Shown here piece by piece: positions 38,701-49,900 of a stretch of DNA of 64,000 nt (positions are counted from its first letter, which is position 1; each line of letters begins with the position of its first letter). The notes beneath the pieces were generated by a model. The model was not told where the DNA came from. It did no database searches and saw only the letters and a list, made by a program, of their open reading frames with translations. The DNA lies in the NCBI RefSeq assembly GCF_030814225.1, contig NZ_JAUSUR010000007.1, positions 100,941 to 164,940 on the forward strand, given 5' to 3'. Made by a program: the position numbers and the translations under genes. The stretch is from Breznakia pachnodae. GTDB lineage: Bacteria; Bacillota_I; Bacilli_A; Erysipelotrichales; Erysipelotrichaceae.

Positions 38701-39180
38701 TTACAATACTTCAAATAAAACGGTTTTTTTGGAATCACTTAATGCATCGATTTTAAAGTTCGAAAACGAGTGAAATTGACTGTTTAATACAACTACAGGA
38801 ACTACGACTGTTTCATCTGAAGCCGCAAGTTTATCAAAGTCAAAACTGATTACCAAATCACCTTTTTTAACTCTTTCTCCTACTTTAATGTGGCTTTCAA
38901 ATACATCTTCGCTCCCGTTGGTGTTTAAACCGACATGAACTAACAATTCTACATTAGCATCTAACTTCATCCCAATTGCATGTCTTGCTCTTGAAATTGT
39001 TGTCACAATTCCATCGGCTGGGGCATAAACCATATTGTCTGTAGTTTCAATTGCTACACCTTCGCCTACCATGCGTCCTGAGAATACTGGATCATTTACC
39101 TGATCCAAGCTAATAACCTTTCCATCCATTGGTGAGTATACCTTTGTTTTTCTGTTACGATTAAAAATTGAACCAAACAT
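38701..39180 (-). CDS. PTS glucose-family EIIA (Crr-like)
   Basis: 159 aa with EIIA-Glc motifs PVFSGRMVGEGVAI and HAIGM...LLVHVGLNT. Confidence 0.85.
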   Translation of the reverse strand: MFGSIFNRNRKTKVYSPMDGKVISLDQVNDPVFSGRMVGEGVAIETTDNMVYAPADGIVTTISRARHAIGMKLDANVELLVHVGLNTNGSEDVFESHIKVGERVKKGDLVISFDFDKLAASDETVVVPVVVLNSQFHSFSNFKIDALSDSKKTVLFEVL

Positions 39181-39268
39181 AGAATACCTCTTCCTCCTAA
39201 TTTTTATGCTATAGGAATTCTATATGTTTGTCAACTCAATCTATCAAACTACTTTCTTGTAGATGCAA

Positions 39269-39298
39269 TTGACATCCATTTTCATCCTACCTTATAAT
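39269..39298 (+). promoter_or_regulatory. Strong sigma-A-type promoter
   Basis: TTGACA, then 18 bp, then TATAAT, located 35 nt upstream of the PTS EIICB start. Confidence 0.55.
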
Positions 39299-39332
39299 AA
39301 AGGAAATGGCTTATCAATAAGGGGGAGTAGCT

Positions 39333-40601
39333 ATGAAGACATATCAACGGTATGCGCAGAGCTTATTACTGCCTCTGCTATTAATACCTATTATTTTTAT
39401 GCTTGCAGAGTTTGCAACTTTTCTTGATCAGAACTTTAATAATTCTATTGCCTATTTCCTTATTCAATTAAAGGATTTTTATTTATCATATTTACCACTG
39501 TTGTTTGCTGCCAGTGTTTCTTTTTTCTTTTCCAGAAGAATGGATGGAACTAACATTTTAAGTGGTATATTAGCCTATATTATTATTACAAACATTCTAT
39601 CTGAAAAGACATTAACTTTAGCATTTGAACCAGCTGCCTTCACATTGGATTCATCATTCTTATTAATCCATAATTCTTTTATTGGAATTATGTGTGGGGT
39701 TATCTCAGCGATTCTTTATAATCGATTCTCAACGGTTCAGTTACCTCAAGGTCTGGCTTTCTTTAGTGGAAAACGTCTTGTACCAATTGTCACTGGATTT
39801 GTAATGATTGGTACAGGAATGCTATTTTATCTGATATGGCCTCCATTTGTACGAATGGTACATTCTTTTGTGAATGCATTACTATCCTTATCAATCATAG
39901 GTGATGGGTTGTTTACCGCGTTCTATACTCTGGTTACACCAATTGGTTTATCATCAATTATGGAGATGCCAGATAATCTAAATTCTTTTATTCAATCGAT
40001 ATCAATGTTTATTGTACCAACCACACTAGCTGTCGTTTACTTTCATATCAATGATAAATATCGTAAAGAATATACAATTATTATTTTATTCACATTACTT
40101 AGTGCATTAGTCAAAGGACCAACGATTTTATTTGAAGTCGTATTACTTCTAATTCATCCACTTTTTTTATTGATTCATATACTATTACTGAGCTTACTTG
40201 TGGTAATATGTAATGGAGCGAATTTCAGTATCTGGATGAGTGGTGGAATCGCTGCACTTTTATATCTTAGTTGTATGATGTTGCTGATTACTAAAAAACC
40301 ACAATACTTTAGTTTCAATATGAATCGAAGTAACAGCTTAAGCCTTGAAGAAACCAAACAAATATTTGAAGCATTTGGTGGAATTGAGAATATTATTACA
40401 ATAAAAGATAATGGAAAGAAAGTAGAAATTTATGTTGTCGACAAACTATATGTCGACACATCATTAATTACAACATTGGGATATCAGACACCGAAGATAA
40501 AAGAAGCTAATGAGTATGTCTGGGAAGTGATCAATTCAAAAGTAATTGCAGATTCATTAAGGGAATTACATCAAAAAGAACTGCAAGCATTAATTTTGTA
40601 G
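39333..40601 (+). CDS. PTS glucose-family EIIC with C-terminal EIIB-like domain lacking the phosphorylatable cysteine
   Basis: EIIC body. The C-terminal AFGGIENIITIKDNGKKVEIYVVD sits where the canonical GGxxNI...C(I)TRLR would be, but the Cys and TRLR are absent. Confidence 0.75.
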   Translation: MKTYQRYAQSLLLPLLLIPIIFMLAEFATFLDQNFNNSIAYFLIQLKDFYLSYLPLLFAASVSFFFSRRMDGTNILSGILAYIIITNILSEKTLTLAFEPAAFTLDSSFLLIHNSFIGIMCGVISAILYNRFSTVQLPQGLAFFSGKRLVPIVTGFVMIGTGMLFYLIWPPFVRMVHSFVNALLSLSIIGDGLFTAFYTLVTPIGLSSIMEMPDNLNSFIQSISMFIVPTTLAVVYFHINDKYRKEYTIIILFTLLSALVKGPTILFEVVLLLIHPLFLLIHILLLSLLVVICNGANFSIWMSGGIAALLYLSCMMLLITKKPQYFSFNMNRSNSLSLEETKQIFEAFGGIENIITIKDNGKKVEIYVVDKLYVDTSLITTLGYQTPKIKEANEYVWEVINSKVIADSLRELHQKELQALIL

Positions 40602-40609
40602 GGGGCACT

Positions 40610-41458
40610 ATGAAAATTATACGAATTTACAATAACAATATTATCGCTGCTCTAGATGGAGATAAGGAAGTAATTTTAACTGGAAATGGAATTGGTTTTA
40701 AAAAGAAAGCAAATGATGAAGTTGATCCACAAAAGATTGATAAGACATATACATTTGAAGACCAACAGAAAACCCAGTTTCAACAACTTCTGAATCGTAC
40801 GCCAATCTTGTATTTTCAGATTGCCGAGTCGATTGCCAGTAGAGCAGTGAAACAATTAAACATTGAACTAAGTAATCAGATTCTTATTTCCCTTACTGAT
40901 CACCTTTGGTATGCAGTAGAAAGAAAAAAGAAGAATCTTCAGATGCCAAATCTGATGCTGAATGAAATCAAAGTATTATATAAAAATGAATATAAAGTTG
41001 GATTATGGGCAATTAAACTGATTCAGGCAAACACCCAAATTGAACTTGGAGAGAATGAAGCAAGTTATATTGCAATGCATATTGTGAATGCAACCTTAGG
41101 TTCTGGTAAAGAAACGGCTACTAAAATTTTAAGGTTTGTAAAAGATGTACAAACGGTAATTGAAAATACATTTGATATCTCTTTTGATGAAGATGTCCTT
41201 GATTTTTCAAGACTGTTAACTCATCTTAAGTTCCTTGCTCAACATATTTTCTCAAACGAAGAAAAAGAACCAATGAATATGGATCAGATGTATTCCTTGT
41301 TAATTAGTAATCACGAGCGAATGGAGCGTTGTATTGATAACATCACGGAAATCGTAAATATGAATTATCGTTACCAACTGACCCAGGATGAAAAGGTATA
41401 TCTGTTGATTCACATCAATAAGATCATGAATAAAAATGAAACTCCAGAAAATAGGTAG
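40610..41458 (+). CDS. licT: BglG/LicT-family transcription antiterminator
   Basis: CAT RNA-binding domain MKIIRIYNNNIIAALDGDKEVILTGNGIGFKKK, followed by two PRDs. Confidence 0.85.
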   Translation: MKIIRIYNNNIIAALDGDKEVILTGNGIGFKKKANDEVDPQKIDKTYTFEDQQKTQFQQLLNRTPILYFQIAESIASRAVKQLNIELSNQILISLTDHLWYAVERKKKNLQMPNLMLNEIKVLYKNEYKVGLWAIKLIQANTQIELGENEASYIAMHIVNATLGSGKETATKILRFVKDVQTVIENTFDISFDEDVLDFSRLLTHLKFLAQHIFSNEEKEPMNMDQMYSLLISNHERMERCIDNITEIVNMNYRYQLTQDEKVYLLIHINKIMNKNETPENR

Positions 41459-42854
41459 ATCACTTTTATTACCAATTGCAATCTTTCCAATTGCAGCAAT
41501 CCTAACTGGGATTGGTACTTCGCTTGAACAAATTGATATTTCTGCCGTTCATTTTTTAGCTATTATTTTAAAAACAACTGGTAAAGTTGTATTAACCTAT
41601 ATGCCAATGACATTTGCTGTTGGGGTTGCTTATGGATTAAGTAAAGACCAAAGTGGATTCAGTGGTTTATGTGGTTTAGTTACTTTTTTAATTATTACAA
41701 ATCTACTTTCAGTAGAAACAATTCAATCGTATGGTGTTGGTGAAAGTTTTCCAATTGCATCCTTTGAAGAAATCGATAATCAGTTTATTGGAATATTATC
41801 TGGAGTATTATCATCCAGTTTATACAATTATTTCCAGTCGAAGAAATTCACTGTATTCAATCGTTATATAACCGTACTTGGTGGAATATTATTAGTTGCT
41901 TGTATCACTTCAGCTGTTTTATTCTTTATCTGGCCATGGATTTATGAACTATTAATTTCCTTTGGTAGTTTCATTAGTGGTCTTGGGCCAATCGGTGCTG
42001 GAATCTATGCATTCTTCAATCGGCTTTTAATTCCCATTGGAATGCACCATCCACTAAACTCAGTATTCTGGTTTGATGTTATTGGAATCAATGATATCGG
42101 TAACTTCTGGGATAGCCAAGGGATTTATGGAGTAACTGGAATGTATCAGGCTGGATTCTTTCCAATTATGATGTTTGGATTACCTGCAGTTGCTATAGCG
42201 ATGCTGAAAACAGCATATCCGCAAAATAAAGAGAAAGTAAAATCATTCTTATTATCAGCTGCTTTTGCTTCTTTCTTTACTGGTGTGACGGAACCATTGG
42301 AGTTTGCTTTTATGTTTATCGCACCTCCACTCTATGCACTCCATGCGCTACTAACTGGAATCTGTGTATTCTTAGCAGCTCAATTCCAATGGATTGCTGG
42401 ATTTAGTTTTAGTGCAGGATTTGTTGATTATGTATTAAGTTTTAATATGCCATATTCAAAAACACCAATTATGTTGTTTGTCCTTGGTATCATTGTCTTC
42501 TTTGTTTATTATTTTACATTCACCTATGTAATTAAGAAATACAATATGCATACACTGGGACGTGAGTTATCAGAAGATACACAAACCTTATCTTCCTCAC
42601 TAAGTGAAGAAGAAGCAAGGAATATTGCGGAGGTATTGATTGAAGGGTGTGGTGGTATAGAGAATATAAACTATACTGATTGTTGTATTACTCGACTTCG
42701 TTTCCGTTTACACAACACTGATTTATTCACTTTCGATAACATCAAAAAAACTGGTGCAATGGAGTACTTACGACTTGGTGATGAAATTCAAATTGTATAT
42801 GGTCCACAAGCAAGTTACATTATGGAAATGATCGAACGTATTAAGGAAGAATAA
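41436..42854 (+). CDS. PTS glucose-family EIICB with canonical EIIB
   Basis: EIIC body plus a C-terminal GGIENINYTDCCITRLRF EIIB motif. Confidence 0.85.
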   Translation: MKLQKIGRSLLLPIAIFPIAAILTGIGTSLEQIDISAVHFLAIILKTTGKVVLTYMPMTFAVGVAYGLSKDQSGFSGLCGLVTFLIITNLLSVETIQSYGVGESFPIASFEEIDNQFIGILSGVLSSSLYNYFQSKKFTVFNRYITVLGGILLVACITSAVLFFIWPWIYELLISFGSFISGLGPIGAGIYAFFNRLLIPIGMHHPLNSVFWFDVIGINDIGNFWDSQGIYGVTGMYQAGFFPIMMFGLPAVAIAMLKTAYPQNKEKVKSFLLSAAFASFFTGVTEPLEFAFMFIAPPLYALHALLTGICVFLAAQFQWIAGFSFSAGFVDYVLSFNMPYSKTPIMLFVLGIIVFFVYYFTFTYVIKKYNMHTLGRELSEDTQTLSSSLSEEEARNIAEVLIEGCGGIENINYTDCCITRLRFRLHNTDLFTFDNIKKTGAMEYLRLGDEIQIVYGPQASYIMEMIERIKEE

Positions 42855-42856
42855 TT

Positions 42857-43303
42857 ATGAAAATATATGAAATACAAAATAGAACCGATGTTCTTATAGA
42901 TCAGCTTTATTGGGTATGGAAACATTCAGTAAAAGCAACACATTTATTTCTGTCTGATCAGGAAATAGAAAACATTGCGGAACTAATCCCAACTTACCTA
43001 AATAAAACTACGCATTTAATTGTTGCTGAAAACGAACTAAATGAACCGGTTGCCTTTATGGGAATTGATGATAAGAAATTAGAAATGCTTTTTATTGATC
43101 CTAATGAAAGAGGCAAAGGTTTAGGAAAAGAATTAATCAATTATGGAATTGCTCATTACGACATTAACGAGTTAGGTGTCAATGAACAAAATGAACAAGC
43201 AACTGCTTTTTATAAACATATGGGATTTCAAACCTATAACCGTAGCGAAACTGATGAACAGGGAAATCCTTATCCAATTCTATATATGAAAAAATCAAAA
43301 TAA
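42857..43303 (+). CDS. GNAT family N-acetyltransferase
   Basis: 148 aa. LFIDPNERGKGLGKELI. Confidence 0.7.
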   Translation: MKIYEIQNRTDVLIDQLYWVWKHSVKATHLFLSDQEIENIAELIPTYLNKTTHLIVAENELNEPVAFMGIDDKKLEMLFIDPNERGKGLGKELINYGIAHYDINELGVNEQNEQATAFYKHMGFQTYNRSETDEQGNPYPILYMKKSK

Positions 43304-43304
43304 A

Positions 43305-43343
43305 AATGTCGATATTACGCAAATTGTAATATCGACATTTTCT
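43305..43343. terminator. Bidirectional terminator
   Basis: aaaatgtcgatattac-gcaaatt-gtaatatcgacatttt, a perfect 16-bp stem. Confidence 0.7.
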
Positions 43344-43346
43344 TAA

Positions 43347-44747
43347 TTATGTATTAACTGTTATTTCATTATTACGATAAACATCCATGTCGATTGTGCC
43401 TAATGATCGATCAACAGCAATTGCATTCGCCATAGATCCAGAAACATTTAGTAAAGTTCTACCCATATCAATTAGTGGATCGATCGCAAGAATTGGAGAT
43501 ATTGTTGGGAATAAACTTTCCATTCCCATACCTGATAATGCAACAGACGCCGCCATAGTAGCAGTACCTGGAATACCAGCAATTCCTAAAGAACCTAATG
43601 TTACTACAATCACTGCCATTATAATAAAGGTAATATCAATTGTAACTCCTGACATATTCGCAACATACACTAGTAGTAATGCTGGAAATACTCCTGCACA
43701 TCCTTGCATACCTGCAGTCGTACCAAAACTAGCTACAAAACTTGCAGTACTTTGATTAACTCCCATATCTTTTGTGAGCGAATCAATAGTTACTGGCAAT
43801 ACTCCTACACTTGAGCGAGAAGTAAATGCTAATATAAATACACGAAGACCTTTCTTCAGATAATTAATTGGATTAACCCCAAAGACTGTTAATTGTACTA
43901 ATTGCAATACAAACATAATAACGATTGCAAGATACAATACTAAAATAAACTTACCTACTTCCACAATACTTGATAATCCTCGTAAGGCAATTGTATTTGC
44001 AAGTAATGGAACTACTGCATAAGGCATTAGTTTAATAATAGTCATGGTGATACTAATAATAATTTGATGTAAAGCATTGATACCAGCATAGAATGGTTCT
44101 ATTACTGCTTTGTATTTTTCTCTACCATGCATTCTTCTTGCACCTACACCTAAGAATGCTGCAAAAATAACAATACCAATTACATTCATATTCACCATTG
44201 CTTCTACTGGGTTTGATGGAATTAAGTTTGTCAGTGTTGTTACTACTGATGATACTTCTTTTATCTCAGCAGTTCCTTCAACTACACTTACTCCTTCTCC
44301 AACTCCAAATAGAATACCTAACGTCAAACCTACTAATGAAGCTATAGCTACCATTGTCATAGTAATAATCAAAGAATTACGCACCAATTTTCCAATCTTG
44401 GCACCTTCCTCCATATTAATAATTACATGGATAATCGAAACTAATACAAGAGGTATTACAAGCATCTTAATAAGACTCATAAAACCATTTCCAAATAAAC
44501 CATACCAAGTAGTTGCTTCATTAACATATGTTACTTGTGATGGATCATCTGGGAATCCAGATAACATCTGAATAAATAGACCTAACGCTAAACCTAATAC
44601 CATTGCAACCATAACTCTGGCTGAGAATGATATCTTCTTTTTTGTCATATAGAAAACAACACCAAATGTAACTGCTAATATCGCAATTAACAAGACTGTC
44701 TGCCATTGACTGATCATTAAAAACTTTTCAAAAAATGATTGATTCAT
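43347..44747 (-). CDS. Dicarboxylate/amino acid:cation symporter (DAACS/SDF family)
   Basis: About 466 aa. Multi-TM with SDF-family re-entrant loop regions (SSVGVLP..., GTTAGMQG). Start placed at MNQSFF (SD gaaagggaaatatattATG) rather than the ORF-track start. Confidence 0.75.
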   Translation of the reverse strand: MNQSFFEKFLMISQWQTVLLIAILAVTFGVVFYMTKKKISFSARVMVAMVLGLALGLFIQMLSGFPDDPSQVTYVNEATTWYGLFGNGFMSLIKMLVIPLVLVSIIHVIINMEEGAKIGKLVRNSLIITMTMVAIASLVGLTLGILFGVGEGVSVVEGTAEIKEVSSVVTTLTNLIPSNPVEAMVNMNVIGIVIFAAFLGVGARRMHGREKYKAVIEPFYAGINALHQIIISITMTIIKLMPYAVVPLLANTIALRGLSSIVEVGKFILVLYLAIVIMFVLQLVQLTVFGVNPINYLKKGLRVFILAFTSRSSVGVLPVTIDSLTKDMGVNQSTASFVASFGTTAGMQGCAGVFPALLLVYVANMSGVTIDITFIIMAVIVVTLGSLGIAGIPGTATMAASVALSGMGMESLFPTISPILAIDPLIDMGRTLLNVSGSMANAIAVDRSLGTIDMDVYRNNEITVNT

Positions 44748-44882
44748 AATATATTTCCCTTTCCTTTTATTAACACAAATATAGCATACTTCATTTTTAT
44801 TGACCATGAATATGCAATTAGGGAAATTAATTATTTACTAATTTTATTTGATTATTAATATTCTCAATTCTTTTCTATATCC

Positions 44883-45632
44883 TTACCAAATATATGCTGG
44901 CTCCACATTGTCTGTAAATGCTTGATAAATTATATTTTTATCAAATATTTTTAATCCTTTATAAGTTTCATCTTGAACTTCATAATATGGATCAACTATA
45001 TAATATGACATTATATTTCCATTTTCATCAAGGGTATATCCTGTCAATAAAACCTGGTGATTTGCATTAGGTAATTCAGGATATAGTGTTTGCAAATTTA
45101 TTGCAATTAGTACAGGATCATTGGAAGCAATATTTGCTTTAATTCTTTCCTCTAACAAACGAAATGCCTCATCGTTCCAGACTCCTACATCTAACGTACA
45201 TACTCGATACCCCGCTTCTCCATCGCTTGGATGTTCATTATTAAAACGATATTTATTAAGAACTCTTGCTAAATCTACATATTCTGTTCCCGTTATAGAT
45301 GAAGTATTCATTTCTTGAGCTAACTGAGTTTGACTCATTTCAATTCCATGTAATTTTAAAATCATCTGAACACATGCTGGTACACAGTAATAACCATTTT
45401 CCTGAACACTTTGCTCTAAATTGATGATATATTTATTTTCTTTTTCTGCATCTATTGTTACTTCATTTTCTTTATCATTGTTCAAATCTTTAGTATCTTT
45501 GCTATCATTTTCAGAATCTTTTTTCACTTCTTCATTCTTATCATTCTTTATATCACTATTCTCATTAGGCTTATCAAAAATACATCCACTAACTAATACT
45601 ATCAAAAATAGAAAATATACCTTTCGTTTCAT
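44883..45632 (-). CDS. Lipoprotein with C39-like/papain-like cysteine peptidase domain
   Basis: Lipobox LVSGC. K/D/E/N-rich linker. NGYYCVPACVQMIL (Cys) and NHQVLLTGY (His) arranged as in C39-like peptidases. Confidence 0.5.
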   Translation of the reverse strand: MKRKVYFLFLIVLVSGCIFDKPNENSDIKNDKNEEVKKDSENDSKDTKDLNNDKENEVTIDAEKENKYIINLEQSVQENGYYCVPACVQMILKLHGIEMSQTQLAQEMNTSSITGTEYVDLARVLNKYRFNNEHPSDGEAGYRVCTLDVGVWNDEAFRLLEERIKANIASNDPVLIAINLQTLYPELPNANHQVLLTGYTLDENGNIMSYYIVDPYYEVQDETYKGLKIFDKNIIYQAFTDNVEPAYIW

Positions 45633-45821
45633 AGCAATTACCTCTTCTTTTTTACATACAAATAATCTATTCTATTATGAATTCCCCCTGAAAGATTTCT
45701 GAGCTTAATTATATTTATATAATATAATTAAAAACCCAATAAATCAAACTGCTGAAAATATTTACTCTATATTTTTTGTCTAGAATCATCAAAAATATAA
45801 ATTCATTTTGAAAATAAGTTA

Positions 45822-45857
45822 TAAAAAGATCTCACAACTATTTGTTATGAGAATCTT
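45822..45857 (-). terminator. Terminator overlapping murB stop
   Basis: Minus strand aagattctcataac-aaatag-ttgtgagatctt, an imperfect stem, followed by tttataactt. Confidence 0.4.
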
Positions 45858-46776
45858 TTACTTCACCAATAATCCGAACTTCACACTCTAATTCATATCC
45901 GGTTTTCGTTTTAACAACTTCTTTTACAATTTCAATTAATTCAATAAATTCACCAAACGATGCCTGATTATGATTAATCACAAATCCTGCATGCTTATCA
46001 CTCACCATAGCATTCTTGTGTTGAAATCCTTTCAATCCAGATTGTTCAATTAATGCAGATGCATAATTTCCCTCTGGACGTTTAAAGGTACTTCCTGCAC
46101 TTGGATATTCAAGTGGCTGTTTGGTTTTCCTTCGATTCAACAAATCATCCATGATTTCTTTGATACTTTCTGGTTTACCAATATCTAAAGCAAACTCAGC
46201 TTCTAAAACAATATCTTTATTATCGCTAAAGTAACTGTGACGATATGAAAAATTCAACTCATCCTTATACATTGTATGAATTTCTCCATCTTCACTTAAG
46301 TAAGTACACTTTAATAATACATCTTTAATTTCTCCACCATAGGCTCCTGCATTCATATATACTGCACCACCAACGGTAGCTGGTATACCATAAGCAAATT
46401 CCAAACCAGTTAAACTCTCCTCATAAGCACGAACACATACATCCTTCAACATAGCACCTGCGCTAGCCTTGATATGAGTACCACTTACTTCTATAGTATT
46501 CATATTTGTTTTGGTTACAATAATTAATCCATCAAATCCATGATCTGACACTAAAACATTCGATCCATTACCCAACACAAAAAAAGGAATCTGTAACTCC
46601 TTTGCAGTCGTTATTAGTTCTTTTATTTCTTCAATATGATAAGGTTCGCTAAAGAATCGTGCTGGTCCACCAATCTGCAAACTGGTATAATCCTTTAAAT
46701 CCACATATTCTCTTACGTTATATCCTTTGTCTTTCATTACATCTAAAAACGTTTTTCCCATTTCTTCTTTTACCAT
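45838..46776 (-). CDS. murB: UDP-N-acetylenolpyruvoylglucosamine reductase
   Basis: FAD-binding domain GGPARFF...FVLGNGSNVL. C-terminal MurB domain. Start placed at MVKEEMGK (SD ttgaggtgtatattATG). Confidence 0.85.
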   Translation of the reverse strand: MVKEEMGKTFLDVMKDKGYNVREYVDLKDYTSLQIGGPARFFSEPYHIEEIKELITTAKELQIPFFVLGNGSNVLVSDHGFDGLIIVTKTNMNTIEVSGTHIKASAGAMLKDVCVRAYEESLTGLEFAYGIPATVGGAVYMNAGAYGGEIKDVLLKCTYLSEDGEIHTMYKDELNFSYRHSYFSDNKDIVLEAEFALDIGKPESIKEIMDDLLNRRKTKQPLEYPSAGSTFKRPEGNYASALIEQSGLKGFQHKNAMVSDKHAGFVINHNQASFGEFIELIEIVKEVVKTKTGYELECEVRIIGEVKDSHNK

Positions 46777-46911
46777 AATATACACCTCAATTAAAGTATA
46801 CTTTGAAACAACAAATTCTTCCATAGAAATGCAAGAATTATTTATTATTTTTTCATATCAAAAGGATCATTGAATTACTTCAATAACCCCTTTAGTTTTA
46901 AATTAATTCAA

Positions 46912-49900
46912 TTATTTTATTCCTTCTTTTCTTCTCCTTAACAATACAACAAGTCCACTCATCATTAACATAACAATAAATACATTTGTATTTGTAGTAT
47001 CACCTACTGATACTGAACTATTCGATTGTTTTGGGTTCGCTTTGCTAGGATTAATAATTGTTACATCCTTGCCATCTTTCGTATAGTAAAGTTTCAGCAC
47101 TAGAGAACCATCTTCCAAAACTACACCATTTAGTAAAGTCCCGTCAACTTCCTTATTAAAAGTATACCCTGAATAATCTTTTGCAGTTGCTGATACATTT
47201 ACTCCAATTTTTTCTGGTAGCAATTCCGTATCTTGTAATATATATGTTCCATCTGATTGTTCCAAGTAATGCTCCACTTTATAAGTTGTTTCTGTTGGCA
47301 TTACACTAGGATTTTCTTCCAAAACATAGTATAGACGAAGTACTAAACTTCCATCATGAGCCACAACACCAGTGCTTACAGTTGATGTATGTGCTGCATC
47401 ATGTTTATGAGTTGTATATGTTTTCGCACTTGCACTTACACTGCTTCCTGCTCTTGCCACATATGCATCACTTGATTCCAGTTGGAATGAACCATCCGTT
47501 TGTTCATGATAATGCTCTACGGTATATCCCACATCATCTAATTTATAGTATAGTTTTAATACTAAGGTTCCATCTCCTGCAACCACACCTGATTTAATTG
47601 CATCAACATGTGAACTATCTAATCTATAACCTGTATACGTCTTAGCTGTTGCAGTAACTGTTGTTCCTATTAACTCACTAAGATTTTCTGTATCTTGTAT
47701 TACATACGTTCCATCTGTTTGCTCTACATAATGCTCTACAGTATACGCTGCTTCATCTATCGTATAATACAACTTCAATACTAACGATTCATCTCCTGCG
47801 ACAACTCCACTTTCCACTGTTCCTTTCACTGTATTATCAAATGTATAGTTTGTATAGACCTTAGCTTTCGCTGTTACTGTATGACCAGTTGTACCTTTTA
47901 AACTGTCTGTCTCCTTTAATACATAACTTCCATCCAACTGTTCCAAGTAATGGTCTACCTTATATCCTGTAGTTGTATTTGCTTGATAATATAATTTTAA
48001 AGTTAAACTTCCATCTCCTAATACAGTTCCACTTAATTTAGCATCTGCATGTAGTGGGAAAGGAATATATCCTGGATATGATTTTGCAACTGCGATAACA
48101 GATTCTCCTGTTGTTCCTGTCAACTCATCAGTTTCTTTTAATTTATATGTTCCATCTGTTTGTTCTAAATAATGCTCCACTTTATAAGCAGTATCTACAT
48201 TTGCAGACCACTGTGCTACATAAGTAACATCTTCGGTTACTGTAGCGCTTACTGTTGGCAACCATCCTGTAAAGGTATATCCAGCATTGCCTGCGGGTTT
48301 TCCATCACTTCCTAAAGCTCCATTATACGCTGGAGTAGCAGTATTGATTACAACATCATTGTGAGTAATAGTAGTAAATGTACCTTGAGTACCTGGATCA
48401 TATACCACATCATATTTATATTTCACATTGGTCATATAGACTGTCTTACCTTCAGGATCAGTCGAACTAATAGTAAATGCTTCTGATACTACTTTCCCTA
48501 ACCCTGTATCATAACCATCTGAATTTTGTAAATCATACTCATTACTATAAGCACCCTGTTGCACAAACCGATAAGTCCCATCTCCAATTGCTGTAGTATC
48601 TACATATCCGTCAGTATTAGTTGTACTTCCTGACCATACACTGTATTCTTCCCATGTCGTTCCATCGTATCTTTGAAGTTCCATGAAGACACCATTTAAC
48701 GCCACATTAGTATTATAGTCAGAAAGGTACACTCTTGCTTTACTCGAATCTACTGTGCTCGCAGATCCACTTACTCCTTCTAATGTTCCTTTTCCAGTTA
48801 AATTTGTTAGCACATTACCTTTTGTAACGGTTGCTACATTTGTTTGTTGTGAATCAATAACAACTTTATCGTAGCTTTCTTGAAAAGAAACTCTGTATTT
48901 AACTATCTTTCCTTCTATTGCATTACCATCACCATATACTTCTGTATAATACTGTTCCAGCAAGGCACGGTCACTTTCACTATAATATCCATTTTTTATT
49001 GCAGAATTAGCACTATTTTTAGCAAAATCCGGATCAATATCTGAATATTTAACACCATCTTTTCCTATACTACCAAAATAAATTACTAGTGTTTGAACAT
49101 CATTTTCACCTTCATAAATCCCCCACTCTAACGGTTCTAAGCTATTCTTAAAATCTTCATAACTTTGTTTTGACTCAGGATATATCTGATTAAATGTAAT
49201 ACCATAAACCCTTACAGCATCACCTGAAGGAAGTCCATCTATTAAGTCAACAGGAACTTGTAAAGTTGCTGAAACAGTAAAACCACCTGCAAATCGACCA
49301 TTTAATGTGTCTTCGATATACATATCACCTACATCTGTAAATGTTCTTCCATAAGGTTTTTGTATCAATTCATTCAAACTGCTTCCATTTAAATTAAACA
49401 CCCAACTTATAACAGAATTAGATGTTGTTCCTGCCTGCTTTACATCTTTTCCACTTATCGGAGATAGTGAACTTTGCTTAAACTTGATTTGTTTAATAAT
49501 ATCCCCAAGTTTTACATCCTGTATCCCCCCCAAAACAGTTCCATTATACAGTGCATTATTCCCTGTTATAAAGTTACCTTTGATACTTTGCTTACCTTCT
49601 ACATTTTCATTTAATTTAACTTCTATTTTATTACCATGAATACGCCATTGACCTAATACAGTGATATCATCATTATCAGTAAAATTTTCCCATTCGGTAT
49701 TAACTACTGCCCATTCTCCACTTGTCTGATTTTTTGGCATATTTATACTAAAAGTATCACCTTCAAATAATAATCCACCATTTTTAACATTTAAAATCCA
49801 ATCTATTCTTAATTGATATCTACTATTGGGTATTGCTTCATTTATGTTATTTAATGGATTTTTGTCATCATCTAGTATGTCCCAATCAATTACTTCCACT

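Noticed and set aside
46825-46911. Short hairpin attgaa-gtaa-ttcaat between the adhesin stop and murB start
   Set aside because: Only a 6-bp A/T stem without a clear U-run, so it is too weak to call a terminator.
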